Assembly: GCA_028023455.1 (NCBI GenBank)
Contig: JAQFVV010000009.1
Location: 62,001-126,000 of the forward strand
Reading direction: 5' to 3'
DNA: 64,000 nt
Origin: Epiperipatus broadwayi
Taxonomy: Eukaryota; Animalia; Onychophora
The translations under genes and the position numbers were made by a program. Under the pieces are notes generated by a model that ran no database searches, was not told where the DNA came from, and was given only the letters and a program-made list of their open reading frames with translations. Positions 1-11,845 of this stretch are shown here, in pieces. Positions within the stretch are counted from its first letter, which is position 1. Every line of letters starts with the position of its first letter.

Positions 1-177
1 GATCCTGCACATAGCGAATCTCATGCTACATTTACTAATTACACCAATATATCCAACTGATTAACCCAATTTAACTACGAAACAAATAACCTTAAGATTT
101 ACCCTCCTTTAATTAAACTAATATAACTTTACAAATCTATGCAGCCATTCATGCCCGAATTAAATTTAACATTTATA
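1..177 (-). mobile_element. Fragment of unclassified repeat family, closely related to 58620-58790
   Basis: Reverse complement aligns by eye at roughly 85% to 58620-58790 (gatcctgca...tgcagccattcatgcccga.ttaaatttaacatttat); runs off the window edge. Confidence 0.8.
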
Positions 178-1394
178 TAAGTTCGCACAGATGAATTTTA
201 TAAAAGTTTGTTTTATAATGTTGAGTATAGATAGACTACATAGATTACATAGTTAAAAACATTTCAAAATAAATATAAACAATCAAAACATAAAGTCATT
301 GTTGGAATTGCAGAGGGAAATTTACAAGAAACCCAATGGCATTCATCATACGATGCCGCATTGACACCAATAACTTAAAAGACACCCGAATAAATACATT
401 TTTAGATACTCAACATGAAGTATCATATTTACCGAATGTCTATATATTTTAATCAAAAATGAGAATAAAAACATAATTAAACGTTAACGAATCTACGCAG
501 TCATCTATACCCAACTTAAATTTAATGCATTTAAATAATTTATACAATAAATATTAATAAAAAAATAAAAAAACGGAAATGATTTTTAGCAAACTCAAAT
601 GTATAAATATTAAGCATTAATAATTGATTTGAAAAGTAAGATTAAAGTTCATTTTAAAAAAATTAGATTTAGCTTGTCAAATCTTGAAAGTTTTTAATTA
701 TTTTTTTTTTTTAAAAATTTCCAGTTTATATCTTCCAGTAGAAGAGCTCCCGGTTCCTGGTGTCAATTCCCATGAAGTCTTTATTTGAAGACCGGTCTAT
801 CTGAAGGTGGCCTTAGCTGGTTCAATCCTGGTATTACAGTCATTTCATTTGAAATAAGTGAGAGAGGGCGACAAATGCATCTTATTGCCCTTCTCACAAA
901 ATCAAGCTGGAACTGTTCTTAATTTCAATATTTTTCCTTTTATACCGATCGTCCGGATTCACTGACCAATGGTTTCCTGTTCCAAATTTTCGTTATGGTC
1001 CGAGCCTTCATTGCTGCTTCTATTGGATATCTAAATTTTTTTTGTTCTCTTATCTATATCTTTCATCCGACTTTTTTATATGAGCCCCAAGGGCTAGTTT
1101 GCTTTTCGTTTAATTTATAAAACAATCATTTCCATTTACAAAAATATTTTATCTTTAGATCTTGTACTTTTTTTTTATAAAAAAGTACGTTCAAATATTT
1201 TTTTTTTTTAAAAAAGAAAAAAAAAATTTTTTAAAGTTTTCATTCCATCTGTGCGATATATTATATACATTAAATAACTTTTAATTTTCAGTTTTTAAGC
1301 TAAGTTTTTTTTTTCTTTTTAATAAATCAATTTTTATTTATAATCTTTTTATTTTAATTTAAAATAATGTAACGACATATTATATACCGTTACA
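178..1394 (-). mobile_element. Unclassified TGT...ACA element, diverged relative of 57750-59579
   Basis: Ends in hairpin TGTAACG..CGTTACA (1368-1394) followed by ATAT; TCGCACAGATG inverted pair at 183-193 and 1246-1256; collinear blocks shared with 57885-58200 in reverse orientation. Confidence 0.65.
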
Positions 1395-1399
1395 ATATT

Positions 1400-1840
1400 A
1401 AAAAATAAAAGTTAAGTGAATGTTATTTTGATAGAAAAAACATTTAACATTAATAGTAGGATAGTTCATTATATCAGATTTGCTAATGTTATGGCAATAT
1501 GTTATGAGATTACAAAAACTTACAAAAAGTTTGGAATGAAATTTAATGCAAATAATTTAACATCTATGACCAACAAGATAGAAGAAAAACAATTAAGTTA
1601 CAGAGCAAATTTCACATTTTCAAATATGTGGGAAAGATTTGTTAAACCTAGTTAGGGAAAGTGAAAAAAAAAAGATATTAGGACTTTAAAAGATGAGGAT
1701 TTAGCAGACAAAATTAAAGACAAATTGAAAAAATTAACAACTATTATGTGTTAAAAAAAGGTAAAAAATATGCACATTTATTGAGAAAATTATGTGAAAG
1801 AATATAATTAAATTGGATATATATTTAGAAGATATTTTAC
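1400..1840 (+). mobile_element. Degenerate RTE-type LINE RT fragment
   Basis: ORF 1416-1655 has HYIRFANVMAI...KKFGMKFN, a decayed HLRFADD...GLKIN RT segment. Confidence 0.5.
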
Positions 1841-1998
1841 TAAAACATCACATGATCACCATTTCCTATGTTTACACAAACTGTTAAAACAGTAACAAAT
1901 TATTCATACAATAATGCCACTCGGTGCAAGACTTAGCAATCAATGGATGCAAGAAAGTTTATGCACAAAATCTCTATGTAGTGTCTATTCATCCAATG

Positions 1999-2040
1999 TC
2001 CCCAGACTAGTTTCTAGCTTGAGACTTTCGTCAGTGAGGA
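1999..2040 (-). ncRNA. Minimal type I hammerhead ribozyme (HH1)
   Basis: UCCUCA CUGACGA AAGU-CUCAA-GCUA GAA ACUAGU C UGGGGA: stem I UCCUCA/UGGGGA, CUGANGA and GAAA core, palindromic helix III, GUC cleavage triplet. Confidence 0.85.
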
Positions 2041-2517
2041 GCCTTAAATCTGAGAATGCTATGCCTACATTTTTGAATCTAATGCAACCCTCCAGCAGCC
2101 ATCGTTTAACTATCCCAAAATGAAAACACAATAAGCTCATTCACTTGTATAGTTATATAGATCTGAACCCAATTCAGTATCTATACATTTTGGTGTTTTT
2201 GTTTTTTTAAAAACTAGTCACCATTATCCTGTGGGCAGGTTTTGTATAAAACCACTAAAACATCACATGATTACCATTTCCTATGCTTACACAAGCTGTT
2301 AAAACAATGGTAAACTCTTCATAAATAGTGAATGTGGTTTAAGAAATCAAAGACACCAAAATGTATAGATAATGAAATGGGTTTTTATCTATATGACAAG
2401 TGAATTAGCTTGGATTAAAAAGGTTATTGTGTTTTCATCTTTGACTCATAGCTTTATAGTTAACTAAATAGATAAAAGGTGACTGCTGGAAGGTTGCAGT
2501 GTTCTCAGATCCCAGGT

Positions 2518-2559
2518 TCCTCACTGATAAAAGCCATAAGCTAGAAACTAGTCTGGTGA
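2518..2559 (+). ncRNA. Hammerhead ribozyme (HH1), core-mutated copy
   Basis: UCCUCA CUGAUAA AAGC-CAUAA-GCUA GAAACUAGUC UGGUGA; G8>A in the core, so probably inactive. Confidence 0.7.
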
Positions 2560-3719
2560 TATTGGATGAGTAAGCACTAGATAGAGATTTTATACACAAA
2601 CCTTCCATCTATTGATTACTAAGACTAGCAGTGGGTGGCACAACTGTATGGAGAGTATACTACTGTTTCAAGCAAAAAAATTCTAAATTACATATTCATA
2701 GATATTATGAAAAGGGTGAGGTGAAATTAACTGATCTTAAAGAGGGCAATTAGCAGCAAGCATTTGTGATCAGCAGACAAATAAACTTAAGAAATAAGGA
2801 TCTGATGAGTGTGATCTTCCTTTTCGCAAATAACTAATGGAGACAGAAAATGGTTATCCAATCTAACAACACGATAAAATTATTTCTTAATACTATGTAA
2901 GTTTTAAAAAAAAAGTAGATATTAAAGATAACATTGCAGCCAGCAAAAAGATTTGACATATTGATCATTTTGCTATCATGCAAAAATGAATCTACTTAAA
3001 TTTGAGAAAAATAGCTGACAAAGTGTGCAGTTATCTTATTTTGTGTCAATATTGAATGTTTGCATAATGTAATTAAAGACAATTATAACATACTAAATTC
3101 ATTGTCCAGTTACCTAATAGCATTCTTTCTTACATAGAATTAATTAGTTACAATATCTCCAAAATTGTTAAAAGAAAAGAATTTTTTGGTTTTGCTTTCA
3201 ATATCCCCAAACTGCTCAAAAATCATAATAGTAGAAAAAAATATTTCATTATAAAAAATTCAATTTAATGTAATCTTGCCTAATAAAATGCTTTTCACAT
3301 CATATTCATTGAAAATATTAATTTATAAACTTTGGAAGAAGATATGCTAATCATTTGCACTTTTTACATTAACTTTACAAATAATTTTTTGAATCCATTA
3401 GGTTGACATCTAAGATGTTATTATTAGCTTTAGTTTTATTCTCATTATTTTTAAAATAATATTAAATTTCAATAGCAGGAATAGATACAGAATTAGAAGA
3501 TTTGTTTACAACTATCAGCCAATTTTTAAATTATCATTCTCAACCTCAGCTATTGAAAATCTTCATTTTCAAACACATGGTGTTTTAATATTACATTATT
3601 TGCATTAAAAACACTCTATTCAAGTTTAATTATATAATTAATTTCATTCATTATGTTTCCATTTATATTCAATGTGTTTTGTCAGTATTTATACATATAT
3701 CTGAATCTTGAATTATTAA

Positions 3720-4050
3720 CAGGAGAGCAATGCAGGGACACTTCAGACCAAATAACAATGCAGAGAGATGTCTGTTGAAAGTAACAAAGAAGGATTGAAA
3801 GTGAAATTACATGGGCAAGAAAGCAAACAGATATCATAAGACATAATTCAAAAAAATTAAGAGAATAAAATAGAGCTGAAATAATATTGTTTAAAGATTA
3901 GAGAGTAGATAAATAATTGAAATCTTAAATGAGAGATGAATGGTTGAGATAAGAAAGTTTGTTGGATAAACAAAAGATTCTATGAATTGGAACAATTGAA
4001 TTAAACTTGAGGAGATCTTTATCTTACTGCATGAATCAATAATGATTGAA
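3720..4050 (+). mobile_element. Degenerate RTE LINE 3' end
   Basis: Remnant C-terminal motifs (GHF.R.NNN...LK; RW..EI.KFVG..W...LEEIF) and a tgattgaaaatgat-like tail. Confidence 0.45.
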
Positions 4051-6074
4051 AATGATAGTGTTGATTCTCATCTTTTTTAATATCCCTGACTTATGGGAAA
4101 GGAAGCATAACTCACAATTTCACTATTATATAATTGCCTTAAACCACTCATTATTGTTCATTTGGATATGTATATAAAGATGCTCAACAACAAGATAAAA
4201 AAATTCTTCAGTTAAAATGAAAGCATTTCCACAACATTACATCATAATGTAAAATTTTAATTATTAAAAGAAAATATACTTCATGCATCACCAAGTGACA
4301 ACAAAAATTTATGTTGATTTAATCAATAAGTTTAATAGCAGACTTTTTAAATTAATCTTATGCATAAGACTAAAAAAGTAAAAAAAAATTATATTATTTT
4401 AAAATAAGACACTGTTTTAATATATAGCTTTCTGTATTTGCAAAAGTTGATTTGTGTGAAGTTCAACAGAAAATATCTGTCTAGCTTTCAAAGTTTCATG
4501 TCTTGGTGATTAATAAGCTGTTTATTATCAAATTATATTTTTTTCCTATAGCTAAGTTTTTAAAATCTTTAAAAAATTGAAGCAAACTATACTAAAAATA
4601 TGTGGATTGTTACTATAAATATTTAATAGTTAAAGAAAAAAAAAAAACTTTTGAAAACCATCTAACTGAAACTGATATAATATATAAGCATACATTACGT
4701 AAAAACATTTACATTTGGAAAAAATGTAAAAACGTCATAGAATTAGGTATATCATAATCATCCTATCATTAGCAGTTTACTCACAAATAAATATGCGCAT
4801 TCTAACTCAGGAAAAAAATAAGAGAAAAACACAAAGAATAAAAAATGTGTTTACTGATCATACTGTATATATAAAATCTCAATTAAATTCCTAATCTACT
4901 AAACTTATCCTGATTGTTACTTTTCTCAATGCTGACAGCTTTCGACATACAGAAAACAAAGAAAGGAAGAGAAACTGAAGAATTATAATGTCATTAAGTT
5001 TTGTGATTTGTAAAATCAGTCAGCATATAATCATTATGGATTTGAATTTTGATTGCAAATGGAAAAAAACTGGATAAGTCTTTATATTCTTGAATGTGTT
5101 ATCTTATTCCATGAAAATAAATAAATTAAAAAGTTTTATTTTTTAGACTAAAAACAAGGCACAAAGAATTTAACCTCAATAATTTTTATGCTTTAGCTAA
5201 AAAGAAATAAAAAAAATGCATTAATATCAAACTACTAGAACATTTATCTCCATGCGCACAATTCTGGCTTGTATTCAGGCTGGAAATAACTTTAAAAATG
5301 TCTAGATTTCAATTAGCCTTAGGTTTTCCTTTCAGGATGCTAATTTGCAGCCAATCCAGCTAATCATCCAAAATTAATCAGTAAATAGGTATCTAGCTAT
5401 TAATGAAAAACCATTCATAGGCCACCACCTGGCAATTGCATGGAGAGACAATTTAAAAAATATTCTTCATTTTGTTTACCAACTAACATACATTCTTTCT
5501 ACAGATCTTTTATTTTAAAAAATACAACTTAACAATTACTAATCATTAGTTCTTATAAGAATTTGTTAAGAAAAAAAAATGGTTAATTTGATATCAATGA
5601 CATTTTTCCCAATGTTATTATAAAACAGAATAGGTGTTTGTATAGTTTTGATAGCAATAATACAACTAAAGTCACCCAATTTGTGTAAGTCTAGTATGAT
5701 ATTCAATATTAAATAGACTAAATGTAGTTAGAAGAAGTGATGTTCTTTTAACCTATATATATGAAATTTATAGCATCAATTTGTGAAAAGAATTGGATTT
5801 TCCATATGGAGATCTGCTTAATCAAATGTATCTTAAGAATCATTGACTTACTTTTTTTTTTCCTTCTAATATTTAAACAGTCAAAACTAAAAATTATCAT
5901 GTACCTACATAAAGAATATTAAAGATATATTTGAATTTTAATAAAGCACATATGTGTATATGACTAAGTAAATTTTAATAATAATTTTTACTCTAATAAA
6001 GTATGATTACTAATCATTAAAGTATTTATAAAAAAAATAATTGTTATGAATGAGTGCTCTAAAGGATAAATTTA

Positions 6075-6540
6075 TATCATTATCATCAACACCATTTTTA
6101 AACATTATCAATTTACTGCAGGAAGAAAGTTTATCCAAGTTTAATCCATTTGCTTTAATCCACAGTTATGCTTTTCTGTATCATTCCAGCAAACATCTTT
6201 ATCTCGACAACCCATCTGACACATGGTCTCTTTCTAAGTCCTTTACAATCTATTGTTTTAAACAGAATTTTACTACTCAATTTAAAATTTCAATTATTTA
6301 ACTACTCAGCAATTATTATTTTTCCTAACAACAAAATTGTCAATGGTGTCAATGAAATCATCTAGTTCTCTCACTCACATAATTGTTTTCAATCCATCTT
6401 TGTTAATAACCATATATATTTTTCCAACCTTTGTTATATGGTCTGAAGTTTCTACATTATTTTTCTATCCATTAATAAGTAATGATAAAACAGTTATTAA
6501 AAAACCTTTTTCAAGAACATAAGCATATTATCTTTTAATA
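6075..6540 (-). mobile_element. Degenerate RTE LINE 3' end
   Basis: Minus strand reads KGLRKRPCVRWVVEIKMFAG...SKWIKLG (RTE RGRP.RW.D.I motif) followed by a tgatgataatgat tail. Confidence 0.6.
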
Positions 6541-7149
6541 TGCATTCATAGATGAAATATACACTGTTTTATATTTTTTGTAAGCTTTGTTATTTCACAT
6601 ATTTTATGTTTTTATGTGCACTCTTAAAATAAATAATGTATAAAACAACAAATGCAAAACTTCTTTGAATTTAATTATTTCTAATATTATGTGATGTGTA
6701 TAAACAGTATATACACCTGGAAAAAAAAAGGAAGAAAAGTAATGATTAGTTTCTAAAGCTTATGCATTTAAAAATAGGGTTTGAATTTTTTCTTCTTAAT
6801 TTTTTTTAATGAGATGCATCTAGTGCATATATGTTTAAAAAAAAAAAAACCTGTCATGTTGAACTAGTAGACTGTGATTAATAAATAATACATCAGTAGT
6901 TATCTGGAAAAAAACATTTTACACACAAATTTGACAATCTCTCCAAGCCTTTCTGGTCTTAGTTCTATTTTTTTCAAACACTACAAGATTATTACTTTTC
7001 TTACATTACTTATATTATCAATAAACAAATCCTTTATAATTCCACTCTTAAAAACTAACTTCCATAACACATAATCTCTTTTTGTAAATAATCAAGAAAT
7101 TTTATTAATGCAGTGTCAAGCTGTAATTCTAAGAGAAGATAATTAACCA

Positions 7150-7670
7150 TCCACACTGGAGCTATACTATAATATTCCATTAGCAATGTTAAATACAAGT
7201 AAACTCTTGATCCAAGCCACAAGATAAAGATTTTGAAAAGATAAGAATGGCTGACTTATCTTCGTATCTAAACGCAATTATTCAGGCAAATCTTAAACAT
7301 CTTGGAATGAGAGTGTGAATATATTAAATTATTAAACAATTCAAAACAAAACAACACTCTCCTCTCTTGTAACAATGTACTGAGATTTTTATTGTTTTCT
7401 ATTGTCTAGTAGAGATGACATGGAGTTTGGGAATTATTCATTTTACTTATTTTTTTTTATATATCCTATTAATACTTGCAAAATATTGAAATTTACTATA
7501 TGTCAATATTCGAAGATGTTATACTTGAGATAAATAATCCAGAAATTTTCCTAGAGCAATATCAGATACAAAGATGACTGTTCTTATCTTTTCAAAATCT
7601 TTATCTTGTGACTTGGATCAAGTTTACTCGTATTTAACATCACTATAGTACAGGACATGTGCAGAGTAGA
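7150..7670. repeat. Diverged inverted repeat pair
   Basis: 7187-7248 is the near-exact reverse complement of 7581-7639; weaker similarity extends to ~7320 and ~7505. Confidence 0.75.
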
Positions 7671-7859
7671 ATAATCTCTTTCCCTTACTTCTCTCCCATG
7701 CTTGGTACTGCTAATTTTATCTATTTAACTTTTTATCTATTCTCTTCTAAATGCACATTTCAAAAACTTTCCCAATTTTTTCCCTTTCCATTTCCAAACT
7801 GTCCAAATCTCTGCTTATATAAAACTACATTTACAAAAAAAATTCTCTTTCTTAAAGTT

Positions 7860-8800
7860 TAAAGAATCATAAAATAACAACCCATTTTTATTAAATGTTT
7901 ATTTAGACATAGAAATTTTCAATTTTAATTCAATCAACCGATAATCAATTACATTCATAACATCATCCTCCACTACTTCCTACTTTAAACTTTTATTACT
8001 TTTATAATACTTCTAAACTTACATGTATTAATCACATTCCAAATTTTATTAATCCTATCTAAATACTGTTAAGCTCATTTTTAATATCTACAAATACTGT
8101 CATATTATCAACAAAACTGATGTTTTGAACTTTTTCCCCAATGCAAATAGATATTAAACAAGATCAATCTTACACTTTTTCCCTATATCCAACAATCATT
8201 ACTCCTTCCAATCTATACTTTTTTGAAATTATATATACATATATAAATAAATAATCCAATTTAATATATTAAGCATTTTTTCAAGAATAGCAAAGCAAAT
8301 ATTAAAAGTTCTCATTTATTTATCTCCACTGATAATTTTAATTTCAATAAGTGTACCAACTTTCTTTTTCATTTAAATTGCTATTTAAACACTAACATAT
8401 ATTGTTTTAATTACCTCACTTTTTTATTAACATAGATAAAGATATAATACCATTTTATACTTTTTCCATCTCTTCAATACATTTACTTTTTTAATAAGTT
8501 AACATTCTTTAATTCAATTATACTTTTTTTCCTGTGACTTACAATTTTTTTTAGGATAAATCATACTTTTCTATGTAATATTTCTTAACTATATTATTTT
8601 TTTTTTCTAACCATAATTTTCTAATAACTTATGTGTTACACATTTCAATTGATTATTAATCTTCATATTATGTGCTACCTATTTCAACATTTATAATTTC
8701 CAATTTCTTCTCGTTACCACTGTAATAATCATCTCATTATTTCTAAAACTTTCCACTCTTTTATTCGGCTCATAATTTATTGGTTGTGTTATAGTTTACT
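7860..8800 (-). mobile_element. Highly decayed LINE (RTE-like) RT region
   Basis: Minus strand near 8050-8150 reads GEKVQNISFVDNMTVF (decayed FADD motif). Confidence 0.4.
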
Positions 8801-9138
8801 TTAAATGCTACTTAAACATAACCAATTTTTATAATAATTCTGTAGTGTAATTTTCACTACACCACTTTCCCACAAGGTAGGAACTGGTTTTTGTCCACTT
8901 TTAACATCTTATGAAAGGGTGCAATGATAAACATATGACCAAAGAGGTGTGAAATGGAGGTACAATTCCAAGATGCACATTTTGTGCTAAATGAACATTC
9001 ATTATTTGGCCCAGATCACAATCTCTTATATCTTTATCATTGTTCAATATATAGATAGTTAATTACTATAATTTAATTGATAAGTGTCAACCTTATTGCT
9101 TTTACAACTTTGACACAAACCACTTCATGGAAGAATAT

Positions 9139-9221
9139 TAATAATTTTTATTAGTCATTCATTAGACTAGAGACTGTACACTTTAATCTCTAATCTAATG
9201 AATGACTAATAAAAATTATTA
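9139..9221. repeat. Near-perfect 83-nt hairpin
   Basis: ~35-bp arms (taataatttttattagtcattcattagactagaga) with one mismatch and a ~13-nt loop. Confidence 0.9.
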
Positions 9222-10753
9222 TCTTAATTTTTTTTTTAATTTTATAGTCAATATTACCACACAATTTATCCTGCAAAAAAATTATCAACTTTCACTTCCT
9301 TCCTGATCTATTAAGAATTGGGTTCTGTAATCAGTCGATAATCCTATTAAAAAATGACTGGCCTATAACTTATACATGGTGACAAAATTTATAAAAAATG
9401 ATTTAAAAAAATTGTCTTATATAAATTTGACTGAGGTAGTGGAGCAAATGAAAGCTTATAATTCAGACAATCAATAAAAAATAATTTTATTATAAAATTT
9501 TCTTAGTAATATTCATAATATTTACTCAAGCAAAAAGATATTTAAAATAAAAAGATAAATGAAGTTTAATGCAAAAATTAAAAACCTAAAGCCTGTAAAT
9601 ATATGTTCCAGAAAGTCAACCAGAAAAATCAGTTACCAATTTTACCAACTTGCAATTGTCATTCTAACTCAAATAAGGCCAAGCTAATAATTTGAGAAAA
9701 TACACCAAGTGGAAAGTCAGTAACTTACCTTATCTTAAATTAAAAATATAATAAAAAAATATAACTAAAAATTGATATATACTGCATTATAAGGAGCAAC
9801 TATGGGTTAGAAAAAAAAAATACTGATATACATTTTTTATTAGTAAACAGTATAGAAATATGCTAAATTATATGAGCTTCAGATACAAGAGATATACTTG
9901 CATTTAATCTCTCAGCTAAATACCATATCATCTGCAAATCATTCAAACATCTTAGATAAAAAAGAGAATAATGGCAGTAATCCTACCTAAAATTCCAACC
10001 AGCAGAGTTCAAAAAATTACATTTGTTTTCATAGATATAAAAATTCTAAAAATTTCAATGATTTGCATAGTGATCAAAATGGAATAAACCAAATAAAATA
10101 AACAGTCACTAACAATTGATGCATGACATTCATATTTTAAACCACAATCAATATCAAAAAAAAAAACTACTAAAAAAAGACAAACACAAACAAAATGACA
10201 CAGATCTTATTTTAATTTTAATAGAAATAGAATTTCTTGTGTGCATTTTTTAGTGAACTTAGCAAAAAAAATAAATAATAATAATAATGTAGAAAAAATT
10301 AAAGATATATTGTCAACAAAAGTAGAATATAAATTTCAAATATGAAAAATAAAAAAATCTGTTAGAAAAAATATTTAAGTAGATGGAATGCTCAAAGTTA
10401 AGAGAGAATAACTGATAAAGATATTTAAAAGAAAGCAATATTTTCAGCAACTAAAAAAATGCACTTCTATTTATTATTATGTAAAAAAATAGTAACAATA
10501 AAGTTTTCCCTATAACAATGCCAAAAAAGTTGGATTTTGCATTATGAATCACATCTTAAAGAAGTGATTAGCTATAATAATATCGTAAAAATCCAATCAT
10601 TGTAAAAATTTGCATTACAATTATCAAATATTTGAAAACCAGCCACTCTTCACAAACCTGGGACCTTAATTGTAAGTATAGAGGATTTGAACTCAGATTT
10701 TCCTCATACAACTGATACACATGACAACACACATGTAGAAAAGATAAATAATC

Positions 10754-10797
10754 ACCAATATACATATTTCATGCTATAACAGCACTCATCAGTTGGT
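10754..10797 (-). ncRNA. Minimal type I hammerhead ribozyme (HH2)
   Basis: ACCAA CUGAUGA GUGCU-GUUAU-AGCAU GAA AUAUGUAU A UUGGU: stem I ACCAA/UUGGU, 5-bp stem II, intact core, AUA triplet. Confidence 0.85.
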
Positions 10798-10957
10798 CCA
10801 GATTATCATCTCCCACACATATATATAATCAGTGCTGGATGGCTGAAAAGTTGAAGGTTAGAGTGGAATGAAGCCTGTTCATTAAAGTATGAAGATTTGC
10901 TATCTTAATATAAAACTGAGCACTGATTATATATAAGGGTGGGAGATGATAATCTGG

Positions 10958-11001
10958 ACCAACTGAGGAGTGCTGGTTTAGCATGAAATATGTATATTGG
11001 T
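10958..11001 (+). ncRNA. Minimal type I hammerhead ribozyme (HH2)
   Basis: ACCAA CUGAGGA GUGCU-GGUUU-AGCAU GAA AUAUGUAU A UUGGU. Confidence 0.85.
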
Positions 11002-11599
11002 GATTATTTATCTTTTCTACATGTATGTGGTCATGTGCATCAGTTGTATGAGATACTGTGGGTAATTGAAGGATGCTTGAAAATCTGAGTTTAAATCCCC
11101 TATACTAACAATTAAGCTTCCAGGTTTGTGAAGAGTGCCTGGTTTTCAAATATTTATACATCAATCTTATATCCTGCCCATCCCTCTTCTATGTATTTAA
11201 ATATTAGTAAAAAATAGTCATGTCACATTACCAATATATAATATATAAAGAGCCTGCTAATAGCTCTAAACAAACTTTTTTTTTTTTAATGATAAATGCT
11301 ACAAGAGAAAGTACCTGAAGCCTTTATCTATGATCTCCCCATCTCCAGACCCCGGTTTTGAGCTATGGCTCTCTTCAATGAGGAGCTAGAACATTAGATT
11401 CAAAATACTTACTCAAGCCAAGCATTTACCTAATTCTTAAATATTAAGAAAAAGATCTAAATCTTCAGACACCTACATGTCTTCAAATTCAGCTCTTTAA
11501 CTAAAGAAACTATACATTAGGGGTCAGAGTGACTTGAGGTCAACATGGGCATGGCAATAATATTGGCATCAGCATGGGATTTGGGTTTTCATCATCAGA

Positions 11600-11845
11600 T
11601 TTTTCAATGATATGGATGTCTGAAAAGTTGGAGTGGATTGAAGCATGTCCATTAAAGTATGAAGATTTGCTATCTTAATATAAATCTGGACCAACTGATG
11701 AGTGCTGGTCTAGCATGAAATACATATATTGGTGATTATTTATCTTTTCTATATGTGTGTGGTCATGTGTATCAGTTGTATGAGATAGTGTGGATAGTTG
11801 AAGGTTGCTTGAAAATCTGAGTTCAAATCCCCTATAATTACAATT
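11600..11845 (+). mobile_element. Third HH2 repeat copy
   Basis: Direct repeat of ~10840-11115 with an internal deletion. Confidence 0.8.
11690..11733 (+). ncRNA. Minimal type I hammerhead ribozyme (HH2)
   Basis: ACCAA CUGAUGA GUGCU-GGUCU-AGCAU GAA AUACAUAU A UUGGU. Confidence 0.85.

Larger units (their letters stand above)
1843..2660. mobile_element. Hammerhead-bearing non-coding PLE/retrozyme-like repeat (family HH1), head-to-head copies
   Basis: About 1.2 minus-strand units (period 415: catcacatga at 1846 and 2261) followed by an inverted plus copy ~2335-2660; homologous to 29073-30195. Confidence 0.85.
10628..11153. mobile_element. Hammerhead-bearing PLE-like repeat (family HH2), head-to-head palindrome
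   Basis: 10628-10836 is the reverse complement of 10919-11153; a further plus copy lies at ~11600-11845. Confidence 0.85.

Noticed and set aside
1-180. Possible mitochondrial (NUMT) or rRNA/snRNA sequence
   Set aside because: No recognisable mitochondrial gene, rRNA or snRNA motif; it matches the dispersed element at 58620-58790 instead.
1914-2123. Similar short ORFs at 1914-2123 (+) and 29536-29790 (-) as a conserved peptide
   Set aside because: They are antisense readings of the HH1 repeat; the other copies (~29150 and ~2600) have stops in this frame.
2803-2830. CTGATGA as another hammerhead
   Set aside because: No GAAA after a credible stem II and no stem I/III.
4880-4980. Possible eIF3e C-terminal exon (..SIEKS..)
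   Set aside because: Poor match to KTKSLSFRSQMLAMNIEKK and no proper acceptor.
7205-7232. aagccacaa shared with the HH1 stem II
   Set aside because: Neither arm has a CUGANGA or GAAA core; likely chance or too decayed to call.
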